A stretch of DNA of 57,766 bases from positions 1 to 57,766 of IMG/VR virus record IMGVR_UViG_3300043399_000632; one strand, 5' to 3'. This document shows, piece after piece, positions 56,931-57,766 of this stretch. The notes under the pieces were generated by a model that was not told where the DNA came from, did not search any database, and was given only the letters and a program-made list of their open reading frames with translations. Every line of letters begins with the position of its first letter. The first letter of the stretch is position 1. The translations under genes were made by a program, and so were the position numbers. This stretch comes from a virus (lineage: Duplodnaviria > Caudoviricetes).

Positions 56931-57623
56931 TTAGGCATTAGAAACACTAACAGTGCCAGTAGTAGCAGCTGCCATACTCCAACGAGTAACGGCACCGGTC
57001 GCATACTCGTAGCTGCCAACCATTGCTTTTCTGGTTAGATATGCCTTGCGGCTAGTTAGTTTAGTAACATAGTAACTACTACCATTCACATCAGTGGCCA
57101 GGATGTTCATTTCACCTTCAGCAGCAGGAGCAGCGGCAACTAAGCTACATGTGCCAACTCCGTCAGCATTCTGAACTAGATAGCGGGCAGTGCCTTCCTG
57201 CTTCATGATATCAGCAGATTTGGCAGCGAGACCGCCTGTGACCCAAGCACTTACACTAATACCCTCCTGACGAGTTGTGGTTAGTGCGATAGTGAAGGTT
57301 GCGGTAGTGCCAGTTGTTCCACCGTTAACGGTGGCGGTTGGAGTAGAAGTGTATCCGCTACCCGCTTTTAACAGTGTAACAGTAGCGATGTTACCACTTG
57401 CGTTAGTTGTTACACGACCAGTTGCGCGACCACTTGTGCCACCAATTTGCGGCGCACTAAATGTCAAGTTCAGCGTAGTACTAGTAGTATACAACGTACC
57501 AGAGTTCAGTACTGTGATACTAGCAACACCTTCACCACCAACACCAGTTGGTCCACCGGTGGCTTGATCTTGATACGGATCGTTTAAGTTAGCGAAAAAC
57601 GATTTTTTAATCGGACGTCCCAT
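56931..57623 (-). CDS. Thr/Gly/Ala-rich virion structural protein
   Basis: GSGYTSTPT motif, strong GAGGAG RBS, own late promoter and terminator. Confidence 0.7.
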   Translation of the reverse strand: MGRPIKKSFFANLNDPYQDQATGGPTGVGGEGVASITVLNSGTLYTTSTTLNLTFSAPQIGGTSGRATGRVTTNASGNIATVTLLKAGSGYTSTPTATVNGGTTGTTATFTIALTTTRQEGISVSAWVTGGLAAKSADIMKQEGTARYLVQNADGVGTCSLVAAAPAAEGEMNILATDVNGSSYYVTKLTSRKAYLTRKAMVGSYEYATGAVTRWSMAAATTGTVSVSNA

Positions 57624-57699
57624 TTTGTTTCTCCTCAGTTAAGACAGTTCTATTGCCTACGCGGTGGGTGCCGCATAAACCCCTTGCGGGCGAACAATA

Positions 57700-57707
57700 T
57701 ATTTATA
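57700..57707 (-). promoter_or_regulatory. T4-type late promoter
   Basis: Exact TATAAATA. Confidence 0.75.
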
Positions 57708-57766
57708 GGAGATTATCATCTTTAAACTATTTCAACATAAAAACCCTATTTCCACAATCCCAATAC

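Noticed and set aside
1-57766. tRNA/rRNA genes, integrase, major capsid and portal genes
   Set aside because: None recognised; intergenic gaps are short and explained by promoters or terminators. A tRNAscan/Infernal run would confirm

Overview
A 57.8-kb segment of a large T4-like (contractile-tailed) bacteriophage genome, mostly encoded on the minus strand. By coordinate it holds: (i) nucleotide-heptose biosynthesis genes (partial HldE/RfaE-type nucleotidyltransferase, GmhD-like epimerase, cupin); (ii) a recombination/replication block (UvsW, UvsY, UvsX, gp32 SSB, a GIY-YIG homing endonuclease); (iii) packaging, neck and tail genes, including a large terminase fractured into two genes joined by an atypically split intein (29-aa IntN, 114-aa IntC) with a free-standing PD-(D/E)xK endonuclease between them; (iv) a 12-kb island of glycosyl-, methyl-, sulfo- and carbamoyl-transferases, APS kinase and a 2OG-Fe(II) oxygenase; (v) three RCC1 beta-propeller paralogues, a proline-free Gly-X-Ser/Thr collagen-like fibre, and a 2464-aa virion-type protein with nine Cys-x-Arg-Asp repeats resembling the bilin-attachment helix of phycobiliproteins. 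Two promoter classes are visible (sigma70-like TTGACA-N17 and T4-late-like TAAATA), several late genes appear leaderless, and the gp15-like gene seems to lack a canonical start codon. All calls come from motif recognition by eye without database searches. The host cannot be determined from this window.
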